A DNA stretch of 64,000 nt, from sequence record PV029745.1. One strand, 5' to 3'. Below the pieces are notes generated by a model. It made no database searches. It was given only the letters and a program-made list of their open reading frames with translations, and had not been told where the DNA came from. Shown here piece by piece: positions 8,441-18,510 of this stretch. Both the position numbers and the translations under genes were made by a program. Numbering within the stretch: the first letter of the stretch is position 1; the number at the start of each line of letters is the position of its first letter.

Positions 8441-10414
8441 TTAGAGCAGCTTACCTCCCATGACCGCAAGATCGTAGGGATGGTCATTCCTCAGTGTGTA
8501 GAGGAAACTGCCAGGATTGTTCAACGGCTCATGTTGCTTCTCAAACGACATCGCACCAGCAAGAGAACGGGACATCATCAGTTTGTTGTATTTTTCAAAC
8601 TGACCCGTAATACCCGGCTTAGGCAGACGATAATCGCGTTCAGCGATAGAGCGCACCATCATAGCATAAACCAGAACCTCACAGTGAACGGCATTCAAAG
8701 AGAACTTCTCATTCAACAGCGACACAGTGGCTGCCAAAGCATCAACTGGGTCTTTGTAGTTCTTAAGATAAGTCTTGCTAGTAAAACCTACCTTATCTGA
8801 GCTCAGTTTAGACCCTTCAGTATCACTACCAGAGTGCAGGAATGACTGAATACGCTTCATCACTTCGTACATGTTTACGTGCTTATTAGGCAACGTCAGG
8901 AACGGCAGGGCAAAGTCAAACCCGGCCATATCGATCACGATATTATCACGAGCGTCAAGTTCCCAACGTACACGTTTGATATGTTGCAGCATTTCAGTCG
9001 ATAGACTAGCTCGACGGTTATACAGCGACACCGTCAATACATCGCCTTCGTCTACTCCATCAACCGTCCGTACCAAACCAATACGGGTAAGTTCAGAAGC
9101 ACTCGGTGCTGGATATGCACTAAGGTCATCGATCATCAGAATATCAGCCAGGTTCTGAGCTTCGTTACGACCGATCATCAAGCGGAAACCTTTACCCGAG
9201 AGTTCTTTCTTCAGATAAAGAGTTTCAGCCGCAGATCCAGTGCGCAGGTACTTAGCTTCGACGCCACCAATCTGATACTGTTCTACAGCCGAGGTTGCAT
9301 CAGTGTGTTTTGTCGACAATACCGCAGAAGTGATTTTGTCACCCATGGATACAGCCGATACCTGACCAATGACAGTTCCTTTTGGAATAGAGAAACTTAG
9401 TCGCCCATAACACCGCGAACATACACCCTGAGGATCCGGATGCATACATCCCAAAATAGAACGCATCTTAATCTTTTTACCGATAAGATGTTTCTCATCC
9501 CCTTTCAGCCAGTCCAGTTGACCTGTCTGTTCGTTCAGATAGTACTTGCCACGAAGAGCTTTCAACGTACCCTGCATTACAGGGAAGTCGATCAAGTGAC
9601 CATTACAATCACCAGTGTGTAGGTTCTGTACATACTGAGCAATCAACTGAGACTTCCGGTTGAAATACTCGGTTACACGCAGTAGCTCTTTGTTATACAA
9701 CAGAGCTTTGGTACCCGATCGGGATTCGATCATGTTTTCATACAGACCCCAAATACCATCAATGTAACCAGTGGTACACGGCTCACTGAAAATATCAGAG
9801 TTAATGTCTGTCGGGAAACCACGTGGTCCGTATGCCTGAAGCAATTGCTCCATTTTCTGCGTACCCGAGCGCAGGCCCTCAATGATGCTGTTACCACGGA
9901 ACTGTGTTTCGTCGTTGAATGCTTCTTTGATCATCCCGTAAGAAATGTTTTCAATCCCGTACGTAGTAGGCTGTACATCTTGGTTAGCCTTTCTAACTGC
10001 CGGGTGATTGTACACTTCCATAATGTCAAAGATCGACAGGGTTGCAATGTAAGCACTCAGTCGAGTAGTGGTTTCATTATAAAGCCAATTCTTTCCTTCA
10101 ATAGCCAGTTTAGCCAAAACCTCTGGATCGATCTGTTCACCACTCCATGCATGAATACCCCAAATAACTTTGTTCAGGTATTTCACAAGAGATTTAGAGG
10201 TAACCCGAGTAGATGCCAGATGGTAATCTTTCAGAACCGGGGCATCAGGGAAAGCTTTCAGTGGATACCAGAGCAGAACCGACAGCTTGGTGATCCGATC
10301 TTTTGCATAGAGTTTCTCCCCGTCATCAAAGATGATCTCATGCCATTCACTTGGAATCGCCCAGAGTTCATCGTAACTCATATTGAGAAGATCACGTGCT
10401 TTATACTGATTCAT
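8441..10414 (-). CDS. Non-virion RNA polymerase beta' C-terminal subunit (phiKZ gp74-like)
   Basis: 657 aa; beta' motifs YGPRG, ESRSGTKAL, Zn site CMHP...VCSRCYG, trigger-loop-like LSTKHT. Confidence 0.9.
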   Translation of the reverse strand: MNQYKARDLLNMSYDELWAIPSEWHEIIFDDGEKLYAKDRITKLSVLLWYPLKAFPDAPVLKDYHLASTRVTSKSLVKYLNKVIWGIHAWSGEQIDPEVLAKLAIEGKNWLYNETTTRLSAYIATLSIFDIMEVYNHPAVRKANQDVQPTTYGIENISYGMIKEAFNDETQFRGNSIIEGLRSGTQKMEQLLQAYGPRGFPTDINSDIFSEPCTTGYIDGIWGLYENMIESRSGTKALLYNKELLRVTEYFNRKSQLIAQYVQNLHTGDCNGHLIDFPVMQGTLKALRGKYYLNEQTGQLDWLKGDEKHLIGKKIKMRSILGCMHPDPQGVCSRCYGRLSFSIPKGTVIGQVSAVSMGDKITSAVLSTKHTDATSAVEQYQIGGVEAKYLRTGSAAETLYLKKELSGKGFRLMIGRNEAQNLADILMIDDLSAYPAPSASELTRIGLVRTVDGVDEGDVLTVSLYNRRASLSTEMLQHIKRVRWELDARDNIVIDMAGFDFALPFLTLPNKHVNMYEVMKRIQSFLHSGSDTEGSKLSSDKVGFTSKTYLKNYKDPVDALAATVSLLNEKFSLNAVHCEVLVYAMMVRSIAERDYRLPKPGITGQFEKYNKLMMSRSLAGAMSFEKQHEPLNNPGSFLYTLRNDHPYDLAVMGGKLL

Positions 10415-10440
10415 TATTTACCTCTTGGCGTGCAGCCCGG

Positions 10441-12552
10441 TTAAACACCGGGCGCGTACTTGAACTGCAATCCACGGCATTCCAACAAGTGCGACAGAAG
10501 TCCAACTGGTCGGGAGTTACCGAATGGGATTTTGGAACGATCAACCGCTTTCTCAATGTTGGACGGTTTATCCGCAGTGAGGATAGAGTTGATCACAGCA
10601 ATGTGTGCTTCGGGGTTATTGGTTTGATCCAACAGTTCTACCGTGGGTAGTGCACCGACCGTACAGTTGTAAGATCGAGTCTCAGATTCACCAAACGAAC
10701 GAATAGCGCTTTCTCGACCAGGTGTACTGGACCGATCGGAGTTATTCAGTTTCGATGGTAGACCAAACTGTTGAGTCTTCACCGATGCTACGGCCGACCA
10801 GTCTTCACCGATCTTTTCGAGCAGCATCATGTATAGCGGGCCAAGCAACATTGGGTCTTTTGTCGTTACTTCTTTACCTGTTTGATCTCGATATGTCACC
10901 GGTGCATATGTTGGACAGAAGCGAGAATTAAGGATTTGGTTACTTGCTGTCGGTAAATGTACGGGGTCATCAACCGGGGAATACAAGTACGCAAAACCAT
11001 CTCTCAATACATGCGATACATGTTGAATCGGATTCGGGTGATCCTTAACCATTCCATGCATTGTCGGAGTAACGATTGCATAGAAATCAAGCAGCTCATT
11101 AAAGGCATACTTGATAAAGTCAGGATTGTTTCTGATATGGTTTACAACGTCGTCAAGTTCATAGGAACCATGACGCTCTAGCCCACATTCAACTCGGAGA
11201 CGTTGAGCCAGATCGCGAGATGCTGCACCGAAACCATGTTCATAGATACGACCATAGTTAGAACGACGCATAGTCGAGCCGCCAAAGATAACAACATCTG
11301 CAACGTTACCATTCACGTCACGAGGCATATCTGCTCGCTTCATGATCTTACAAACGACACCTTTTCCGCCATGGAAATCAGTGGCTTTATATGCACCGCC
11401 CGGTTCTTTAATCGATTCATAGGTGATTTCAACACGCCATTCATCAAGTTGATCCAGTCGATACATACGGGTCAGCTTACGTTGACCTTCGGCTTGAGGC
11501 AGATAGATCATCGCTTCTACTACAAGTTGACGAAACTCCTCGGTCATATGGAGGCGATCTTTACGGCGGGCAGACAGACCTTTATATACCTTGATGATCT
11601 CACGGTAATACGACGCCAGTGCGTCATAGTACTTCCGCAGTTGTCCATCCATACCACTCGGAGTATAAGATGGATTTTGACGATCATCCCAATACACTTT
11701 GATGTCTTTAATGATTGCGCCCGGATCACCAATTACGGCACGGTCGAACGTACGATCGAGAGTGCGCAATGCACGTGGAGTCATTTCAGCTGGCGAGAGA
11801 TCGTCATCAAGGTCTCTAACAGCGAAGATAACACCATCATCACGAATACGTTCACCGATATCAGGGAAGAGCTTGATGTTTTTATCGTCACCGTACATAT
11901 TGAGGAAGAATGCTTTCTTACCAGCTCCGCCAGTAGCGGTTGTATAAGTACGAGGAGCCATCTTCTCCCGAAGGAACTCATCGCAGAATACGAAACCGTC
12001 CTCAATAGTACCAGGCATAGAACCGAACATCACGGTGGCGTTAACGCCCATGCCCAGAAGACCATTTTCTTTTACAGTTGTGGATTGTGCAATAACCGTA
12101 TCTTTGGCAAACATCTCGCCAACGGCAAGGTTATTCCATACATCTTTCTGCTTCTCAAGTTTGAATCCAAAGTCCTGGTGAAAGCTTAGGTACTCTGGTA
12201 CATGGATAACACCGATTCGTTTAAACTCGTCGTAATACTCCTCATACACGATCGTAGTTACGGGGTTATGTCGAATAGATCCACGACCCACACCAGTGGG
12301 ATACTTACGGATAATATTCAGAACAACGCAATCCGTTGGGAAACGAATATCGAAGGTATGTTCAGCATAACGCATTTCGATACCCGCCATTACCCGACGT
12401 GGCTCGTTCCCTTCCACTACTGGCGATTGTCCAATATGTGACAGCAACATGGCACCGCGTGCCGCGGAGGTTGTTCCGTAATATGGATCAATTGCCGCGT
12501 GACCGAGCAAACGCAGGTTAATTTCACGGATGGCATTTGGTAGACTTTGCAT
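10441..12552 (-). CDS. Non-virion RNA polymerase beta C-terminal subunit (phiKZ gp71-73-like), uninterrupted
   Basis: 703 aa; beta motifs GMGVNA, EDGFV, KATDFHGGKGVV, RRSNYG, GESETRS. Confidence 0.9.
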   Translation of the reverse strand: MQSLPNAIREINLRLLGHAAIDPYYGTTSAARGAMLLSHIGQSPVVEGNEPRRVMAGIEMRYAEHTFDIRFPTDCVVLNIIRKYPTGVGRGSIRHNPVTTIVYEEYYDEFKRIGVIHVPEYLSFHQDFGFKLEKQKDVWNNLAVGEMFAKDTVIAQSTTVKENGLLGMGVNATVMFGSMPGTIEDGFVFCDEFLREKMAPRTYTTATGGAGKKAFFLNMYGDDKNIKLFPDIGERIRDDGVIFAVRDLDDDLSPAEMTPRALRTLDRTFDRAVIGDPGAIIKDIKVYWDDRQNPSYTPSGMDGQLRKYYDALASYYREIIKVYKGLSARRKDRLHMTEEFRQLVVEAMIYLPQAEGQRKLTRMYRLDQLDEWRVEITYESIKEPGGAYKATDFHGGKGVVCKIMKRADMPRDVNGNVADVVIFGGSTMRRSNYGRIYEHGFGAASRDLAQRLRVECGLERHGSYELDDVVNHIRNNPDFIKYAFNELLDFYAIVTPTMHGMVKDHPNPIQHVSHVLRDGFAYLYSPVDDPVHLPTASNQILNSRFCPTYAPVTYRDQTGKEVTTKDPMLLGPLYMMLLEKIGEDWSAVASVKTQQFGLPSKLNNSDRSSTPGRESAIRSFGESETRSYNCTVGALPTVELLDQTNNPEAHIAVINSILTADKPSNIEKAVDRSKIPFGNSRPVGLLSHLLECRGLQFKYAPGV

Positions 12553-12583
12553 CTATAACTCCTGTTGATCGTTGGTGCAGAAT

Positions 12584-12610
12584 GATTATATAGATGTGAA
12601 AATTATTTTT
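12584..12610 (-). promoter_or_regulatory. Early-type promoter variant for the nvRNAP beta/beta' operon
   Basis: Minus strand AAAAATAATTTTCACATCTATATAATC, about 30 nt upstream of ATG12552. Confidence 0.55.
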
Positions 12611-12625
12611 TTGTAGGATTCCTCT

Positions 12626-12988
12626 ATGGCATTTACAATTATGGAACAAACCGGTGACGGTGGAGCATCAATGTTTTATGATCCAGCTTTCCGTTTAATT
12701 GTCGAAACACATATCAACATTCTCCGTAATATCAACTCAGTTAGAGTAGAGATTCCGAATGAGTTGTACTGGCAATACGAAGGAAACTTTTATGGGTATT
12801 TAACAGAGATCGGTATTGAGCCTGAACTCCATTGGATTTATTTGCGTGTTAATGGCATGGAAAATCCAAACCAGTTTGCAGCAGATGTCCGTAACCCTTT
12901 AGACAAAGTGTACAACAATATCTTGATCAAGCCATCTAACAACGAGATCGGTGCATTACAACAGTTCTACACTAGTCGAAAATTTTAA
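12626..12988 (+). CDS. Hypothetical protein, possibly LysM/T4 gp53-like baseplate protein
   Basis: 120 aa; YEGNFYGYL...LHWIYLRVNGMENP resembles the gp53/tail-X pattern; own terminator. Confidence 0.5.
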   Translation: MAFTIMEQTGDGGASMFYDPAFRLIVETHINILRNINSVRVEIPNELYWQYEGNFYGYLTEIGIEPELHWIYLRVNGMENPNQFAADVRNPLDKVYNNILIKPSNNEIGALQQFYTSRKF

Positions 12989-12994
12989 AGCAAT

Positions 12995-13020
12995 AGCAGG
13001 GGACCCTAAGGCCCCCTGCT
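12995..13020. terminator. Bidirectional terminator
   Basis: AGCAGGGG-ACC-CTAA-GGC-CCCCTGCT between convergent genes, followed by TTATGCCG. Confidence 0.75.
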
Positions 13021-13030
13021 TTATGCCGTC

Positions 13031-14350
13031 TTACACCAATCCAAGACCATTGGTTTGACGCATGCCAGCCACAGCCTGCATGTACGGGTTAGCCGGTTGA
13101 CCGTTACCCATCATCATCATGCCCTGTTGTTGGCCACCCATCCACGCGGGAATGGGTGCGTTCGCTTGGATACCCTGGGGCTGCATGTTACCCATTTGCA
13201 TAGGTTGCATCATCCCACCCATGCCATTCATCTGCATCATGCCATTGCCTGGCATCATCATGCCGTTATTCATCGGCATCATCATTCCCATTTGCTGCTG
13301 CATCATCTGCGGTTGGGGATTCTGTGCAGCCATGAATTCGCTCATGGAGACAGTATCTTTTTCTACAGGTTTGCTAACAACTGCGGCGGGACGAGTCAGC
13401 TGAGGAGTACTGGCTTGTGGAGCAGTAACGCTCGGTGCTTGTTGCTGGGTTTGTACAGCTTCGGCAGTTTCCGGAGTATCCTCATCACGACCACCGAGGT
13501 TGCCATTCAGCGGAGGGATAAGGTTATAGATCTTCGGGAACTCATCGATCAGATCCAGATCAAACACAGGAATAAGATTGACGGGGATTTGCAGTGGAAT
13601 CGCGTACCGGTTAATCAGCTGATTGAGCATCACGATTACTTTGTGATACGCAGTCAGAAGACTGGTGTAATAAGGTGCAACACGGCTGGTAGTACCAAAG
13701 GCATACTCTTCCGGATTGTCACCAAACGGAACGATCAGTTTGAACAGCGCAGTGAGAACCTTACGTTGTTTCTTCGCCATCTTGATACCAAGAACATCAT
13801 CAGTTTCAGCCTGAAGATCTTCCAGGATCGGGAAGCGAATGATCGCCATACGGTTTACTTTCTTACCATCGAAAGTACCGCCATTCTTCAAGTAAACTGC
13901 AACCAGTCGGTTCTTCTTAGTAGCAGCAGGCATCAGTTTCTCGAACAGACCGACAGTTGCTTTATCCGCATCTGCCAGTTTCTTCAGGAAGTCAGTTGCA
14001 TCCGGCGGCAGGTCCTTGTGGGACGACTTGTCCGCTGCGATGGTCAGAAGTTGTTCGGCCATTTTGTGGACGACGAAACTAATGTGTGCTTTTGCTGCGC
14101 GTTGCAGATACTGAATCACCGGGGAAGTACCCCGGCGACTCAATGCTTCACTCAGCGGGTGGAACGGCTGGAAGTCTTCACCGAATCCCTTGCGAAGGAA
14201 CTTATCGGTTGGGATTACAAGACGTTTACCGTCTACGGTCGAAGGAGAAGCAGTACCTACCGGATTACGGAGGCTGATATAACCTTCTTCATCGAACTCG
14301 CAGGCGAACGAGGGGAGTACAGACTTATACGAGTCCAAGATCAACGACAT
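13031..14350 (-). CDS. Conserved protein (phiKZ gp70-like) with a Met/Gln-rich disordered C-terminus
   Basis: 439 aa; last ~150 aa are low complexity; position between picA and the nvRNAP beta gene. Confidence 0.7.
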   Translation of the reverse strand: MSLILDSYKSVLPSFACEFDEEGYISLRNPVGTASPSTVDGKRLVIPTDKFLRKGFGEDFQPFHPLSEALSRRGTSPVIQYLQRAAKAHISFVVHKMAEQLLTIAADKSSHKDLPPDATDFLKKLADADKATVGLFEKLMPAATKKNRLVAVYLKNGGTFDGKKVNRMAIIRFPILEDLQAETDDVLGIKMAKKQRKVLTALFKLIVPFGDNPEEYAFGTTSRVAPYYTSLLTAYHKVIVMLNQLINRYAIPLQIPVNLIPVFDLDLIDEFPKIYNLIPPLNGNLGGRDEDTPETAEAVQTQQQAPSVTAPQASTPQLTRPAAVVSKPVEKDTVSMSEFMAAQNPQPQMMQQQMGMMMPMNNGMMMPGNGMMQMNGMGGMMQPMQMGNMQPQGIQANAPIPAWMGGQQQGMMMMGNGQPANPYMQAVAGMRQTNGLGLV

Positions 14351-15959
14351 TGCTTGCTCCTTGGTTAATAGCGTTAGGCATCATGATGGGTGCAGCTACC
14401 GGATGTTGGTAACCGACAGACTGAAGAGCCTGATGTTGAGTCGGATTGGGAATTACTTCTTGTACCAGCCACAGCATATCACCAGACAGGTTAGTCGGAT
14501 GTTGCTCGTTACGGGTAATCATCGGGGAGAACAGACTATCCGTAAAGGTCGGTGCAATGAAACGAGTCAGCGACTGACCACCGATGGCAATATCGATGAT
14601 CGAGTCACCAGCCAAGTCCGAATGCATCGAGATACGGAACGGCAGCTGGTTACCACGGGTGATGTTGTTCAGGATATCGATAGCCAGGCGGCGTTCGAAT
14701 TCCAGAATGTATTGACGCATGTCCAGGTTATCAATGATAGCCTTAGAGTTCTGCGGATGGAACTCGAACGAATAGTTATTCGGACCAGTACCATTAGTTA
14801 CAGCAAACGAGCAAGTGCGGAGGAAGGTATCCATCATGATCGACGGAATGGTCTGTGCCAACAGACTTGCACCAATGGAGGTATAGTCTGCACCGCTCCA
14901 AACTTCGGAGTCTTCTGCCTGAGAAATACGACGGATTGAACGGCCATCGTTCATGGAGAACTGAGTAACCTGTTGGGTGCCGCATTCAGGGAAGAGCCGC
15001 TTGAGATCACGGAAAGTGATATAGCCATTCTCCATATACCCGGCATGATCTTTAAGAACAGCCAAGAAGGTGTTAGTATGGATCTGCTGGTTCCTGCACT
15101 GGGCAGCAGCTTCACCAAACATCACATCTTTATCAGGAGCCCCGAACAGATCATCCCCTTGGTTCTCCATTGCATTCTCTTTGACAGCATGTTGGTATGC
15201 GCCAAGAGTATTCGACAGATAACGAGTTGGGGAGGTATCTCGACGTTGGCTATACTTGTATGCTCCTCCTTCACCAACCATCGTGCGATGGTCGATGGAC
15301 CGATTGATCATTCCGTCAAACAAACCAGAGCTTTGCAGTTTCTGTGCCACATGCGCTGTTTGACCAATACTAAAGATATCTTCAGGACGGATCAGGTGAG
15401 CAGTTGCACGAGAGAACATTCCATTCATTCCACCCATCATGTCAACAGGAGAAACGATCTGGTTGGAACCTACGATCGACGCAACGTGTTGGGGACCATG
15501 AATGGTTTGTTGAATAGCTTGAGCAATGATAGTTTCGGAGTTGAAGTAGATACGCATGTCATCCGGCAGATAATTCTGAGATGCGTCAGCGTGGTCACTA
15601 TAGCCAAAGAAGATACGTTGAGTCAGCGTTCCCGCAATGAATGGATGTTGCTCATTCACTTTCATCAAGAAGCGGAACCGGCGAGAACGCCAGCCATGTG
15701 CAATACCGACACTACCTTCTACCGATGCTTGGGGAGTGATAACCGAAGAAGCTACTTCTTGTACAGCACTTACCCGAAGGTTCATGCCACCATTTGTAGC
15801 TTGTTCCAGTTGACGAGCTACTTCTTGGTTAGCATTAATCGAGAAAGGTCGAATGTGCTGTTCTTGATAGGTGCCGGTTTCCACCAGAACAAAGTTCTGT
15901 ACGGACAGCTTCGAGTTGACAGCTGCACCAGCGGAAATGCCCATGTTGATTCCGTGCAT
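14325..15959 (-). CDS. picA: Phage-nucleus protein import factor PicA/Imp1 (phiKZ gp69-like)
   Basis: 544 aa; immediately downstream of the gp68-like gene in the conserved chmC-gp68-picA order; call rests on synteny. Confidence 0.7.
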   Translation of the reverse strand: MHGINMGISAGAAVNSKLSVQNFVLVETGTYQEQHIRPFSINANQEVARQLEQATNGGMNLRVSAVQEVASSVITPQASVEGSVGIAHGWRSRRFRFLMKVNEQHPFIAGTLTQRIFFGYSDHADASQNYLPDDMRIYFNSETIIAQAIQQTIHGPQHVASIVGSNQIVSPVDMMGGMNGMFSRATAHLIRPEDIFSIGQTAHVAQKLQSSGLFDGMINRSIDHRTMVGEGGAYKYSQRRDTSPTRYLSNTLGAYQHAVKENAMENQGDDLFGAPDKDVMFGEAAAQCRNQQIHTNTFLAVLKDHAGYMENGYITFRDLKRLFPECGTQQVTQFSMNDGRSIRRISQAEDSEVWSGADYTSIGASLLAQTIPSIMMDTFLRTCSFAVTNGTGPNNYSFEFHPQNSKAIIDNLDMRQYILEFERRLAIDILNNITRGNQLPFRISMHSDLAGDSIIDIAIGGQSLTRFIAPTFTDSLFSPMITRNEQHPTNLSGDMLWLVQEVIPNPTQHQALQSVGYQHPVAAPIMMPNAINQGASNVVDLGLV

Positions 15960-15978
15960 GTAATTTACCTCTTGAATT

Positions 15979-17556
15979 TTACTGGTTGATCTGAGCGAGG
16001 TGTAGAACCACTTCGGTGATCGTGTGCTTGATATTTGGAGGTGGAATCAGAATGTTGTTCTGAGCAATCTGACCAGAAAGCTTGAACAGCTCAGGTGGAC
16101 CATGATAGATCCAAGTAGAGGAACGGATGGACTGGTTACAGTTATTCACTGCAATACCCGCCATGTTATCTGGCTTAGGAATCTCTCCCGATTGGGGGAC
16201 CTTAGCGAGTTTCATATGCGGATAGAGTTCATCGAGCTGTGCCTTATACTTCTGAGCAATTCTCGAACCACTTCGGGTATTACTAAGCTGATTAGTCGAT
16301 CCATGTTCACCGTGATAAACAGGTTCGACTTGTAGGAACACAGCTACATCAAGGTAACCCCAATGCCACAGTAGAGCCTGGGTAGTTGCCAACAGTGTAT
16401 TGACTGGCAGTTTGGAGATATGATAGAAAGCACGCGCCGGGAAAGCTTTTGCCATTACCCATTGTGCCAGTAGTACTTGGTGAGGACGGATCTCAAAGTT
16501 CGCGACCTGACTCACGCAACTAATACATTTTCTCAGTTTCTCCATGTCGATAGTAGGATCTACCGTTTGTGCCAGTAGCACATAATCCATCGCATCGATG
16601 TTGTATGCCTCAATGTCACCTGGGCTAACTCGACCTTTCGTCTTGTGTGCCTCAATAAACGAAGTTTTATCTTCGTCGTCACCACCGCCGCCTTCTGGAC
16701 GCTTTTCATTAACGCGATCAGTTGGACTACGCTCGGCAGGATTGAGATTGCTACGTACGTAACGGAACGTGTTAGCTACGATAGAGTGGGACATTGGATC
16801 GTTCAGAGGAACGATTGTCAGTCGGCGAACCAGAACCTTCGAACGAAGATGTACTGGAATTTCAACTGAACTCATACCACGCCAAAGGCTACCCAAAGTA
16901 GTCGGTTCATCTTCAACGCAGAATTTGACGTACCCTTCCAGTTTGTCAAATGCCGCATCTACATCTTCACCCACTTCATCTTTTTCAAGTAGCGGCCAGT
17001 TAGCAATTTCACAACGGCTAATCAAACCAACAACTTCGTTTTCTTTGTGGAGTTCTTGATCCGTACCAGAATCAATGTATTCTCCCCAAATCGGAACCAT
17101 CGGTCGAAGACCAAGTGCCACAGTAGCGAGGTTGATGTAGTCATGTTGAAGATAAGTCTGCTCACGCTTGGTGTAGCGCGATTCATCAGTGATCGTTTTC
17201 TGGATCTCTGGTGGAATATGCAGATTACCAATAGTCAACAGCCAACGACGGAGTTTGTTCATTGGCAGAGCTGAGTACAGTTCATGGATGTAATGGATCA
17301 GCGTACTGGAGATGTGCGCCGGTTCGAAGTCCATCTTGAACAGATCGTTGATTTTGACATAGCTGTTCCAGATACGATCTTGATCAGCCTCATCGCAGCT
17401 TTCTAGGTAATCATTAAATTCCTTGAAAACACGAGTTGGATCATTGAGTTTTACTTTGCTATAAGCCCTTGTACTCCACTTGATTTCGTTTCCTTTATGG
17501 CTAGTGGTTACTTCCACAAAGCCGTTGCCTTGTACCCCAGTAACGTCGATGCGCAT
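15979..17556 (-). CDS. nvRNAP promoter-specificity subunit (phiKZ gp68-like)
   Basis: 525 aa, matching gp68 in size and position. Confidence 0.75.
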   Translation of the reverse strand: MRIDVTGVQGNGFVEVTTSHKGNEIKWSTRAYSKVKLNDPTRVFKEFNDYLESCDEADQDRIWNSYVKINDLFKMDFEPAHISSTLIHYIHELYSALPMNKLRRWLLTIGNLHIPPEIQKTITDESRYTKREQTYLQHDYINLATVALGLRPMVPIWGEYIDSGTDQELHKENEVVGLISRCEIANWPLLEKDEVGEDVDAAFDKLEGYVKFCVEDEPTTLGSLWRGMSSVEIPVHLRSKVLVRRLTIVPLNDPMSHSIVANTFRYVRSNLNPAERSPTDRVNEKRPEGGGGDDEDKTSFIEAHKTKGRVSPGDIEAYNIDAMDYVLLAQTVDPTIDMEKLRKCISCVSQVANFEIRPHQVLLAQWVMAKAFPARAFYHISKLPVNTLLATTQALLWHWGYLDVAVFLQVEPVYHGEHGSTNQLSNTRSGSRIAQKYKAQLDELYPHMKLAKVPQSGEIPKPDNMAGIAVNNCNQSIRSSTWIYHGPPELFKLSGQIAQNNILIPPPNIKHTITEVVLHLAQINQ

Positions 17557-17587
17557 TTATACCTCTTTAGTTCTGGTGATGCACAGT

Positions 17588-17614
17588 TGTAATATAGATC
17601 TGAGATATTTTTTA
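17588..17614 (-). promoter_or_regulatory. Early promoter for the gp68-picA operon
   Basis: Minus strand AAAAAATATCTCAGATCTATATTACA, about 32 nt upstream of ATG17556. Confidence 0.75.
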
Positions 17615-17678
17615 ATGTCAGGAAATAGAGGGCATACAGCATCTCTCGGTGTTTACCAAAGAGATGCTGTAGATTTAT

Positions 17679-18425
17679 TTAGAAGTCAGGAATGGAATCG
17701 TCAAAGCCATTGTCCTGGAAACCACCGGAGGACGGACGATTGTAACCTTGAGGAGCACCACCGCTATTACCACCACGGTTGCCGCCATTATAGCCACCTT
17801 GACGTTGACCACCGCCGCCACCGTTACCAAAGTTAGCTGGGTTGGCTACGTTCTTAGCGTTCTGGTCAAAACTGCTTACCATCATCTGGTAAATGATTGC
17901 AGTGGCCGGTTCCAGGAAACCGGTAGCGTAAGCTTCGGACATCTCTTTCGGAGAGATGGGAGAACCATCACCATTCAGGATGGTGTGATATTTCGACGGA
18001 CCGAAGAAGAACCGAATACGCGGGCGCTGTTGCTGAGAAGAGATAAGAGCAATGTAAATACGACCAGAGTTCTGTTCGCGGCCGATTACCAGTGTGGTGA
18101 TCGGAATGATCTTATCGATCTTTTTACCGCCAACAAAGTCGTCTTGGTGAACAAACTTACGTTCTTGAGGAACATCTTTACCATCGACAAGATCCCGTGC
18201 ATACTTCATTGCAGCTGCAAAAGTAGCCAGGTCAGTTTTGAATTCAATCTTACCGTTATTCAGATCACCTTGAACGTTAGTACGTACGGTCAGGCGAGGT
18301 ACGTTACCAAAGACACCGAAACGCAGGTTAGGACGTTTCTGAGAACCTTCTACCGGATCAGCATGTAGCCAAGTGGACATTACAGAGAACGGAGAGAGGG
18401 CAGGGCCTTGGGATTGTTGAGACAT
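17679..18425 (-). CDS. chmC: Nucleus-associated RNA/ssDNA-binding protein ChmC/Imp6 (phiKZ gp67-like)
   Basis: 248 aa; beta-rich core, then a G/N/Q/R-rich tail (GGGGGQRQGGYNGGNRGG) and an acidic tip; synteny. Confidence 0.7.
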   Translation of the reverse strand: MSQQSQGPALSPFSVMSTWLHADPVEGSQKRPNLRFGVFGNVPRLTVRTNVQGDLNNGKIEFKTDLATFAAAMKYARDLVDGKDVPQERKFVHQDDFVGGKKIDKIIPITTLVIGREQNSGRIYIALISSQQQRPRIRFFFGPSKYHTILNGDGSPISPKEMSEAYATGFLEPATAIIYQMMVSSFDQNAKNVANPANFGNGGGGGQRQGGYNGGNRGGNSGGAPQGYNRPSSGGFQDNGFDDSIPDF

Positions 18426-18510
18426 GATGTGTTAGCTCCAATTGGATTAATTTTTTACACTTCGCGAAAGTGTTTCTACGTACTATATCGATGAAGAGTA
18501 TTCTTTCTAA

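Noticed and set aside
13055-14368. 437-aa + strand ORF with His runs, antisense to the gp70-like gene
   Set aside because: The His runs are the reverse complement of ATG repeats in the Met-rich tail; shadow ORF
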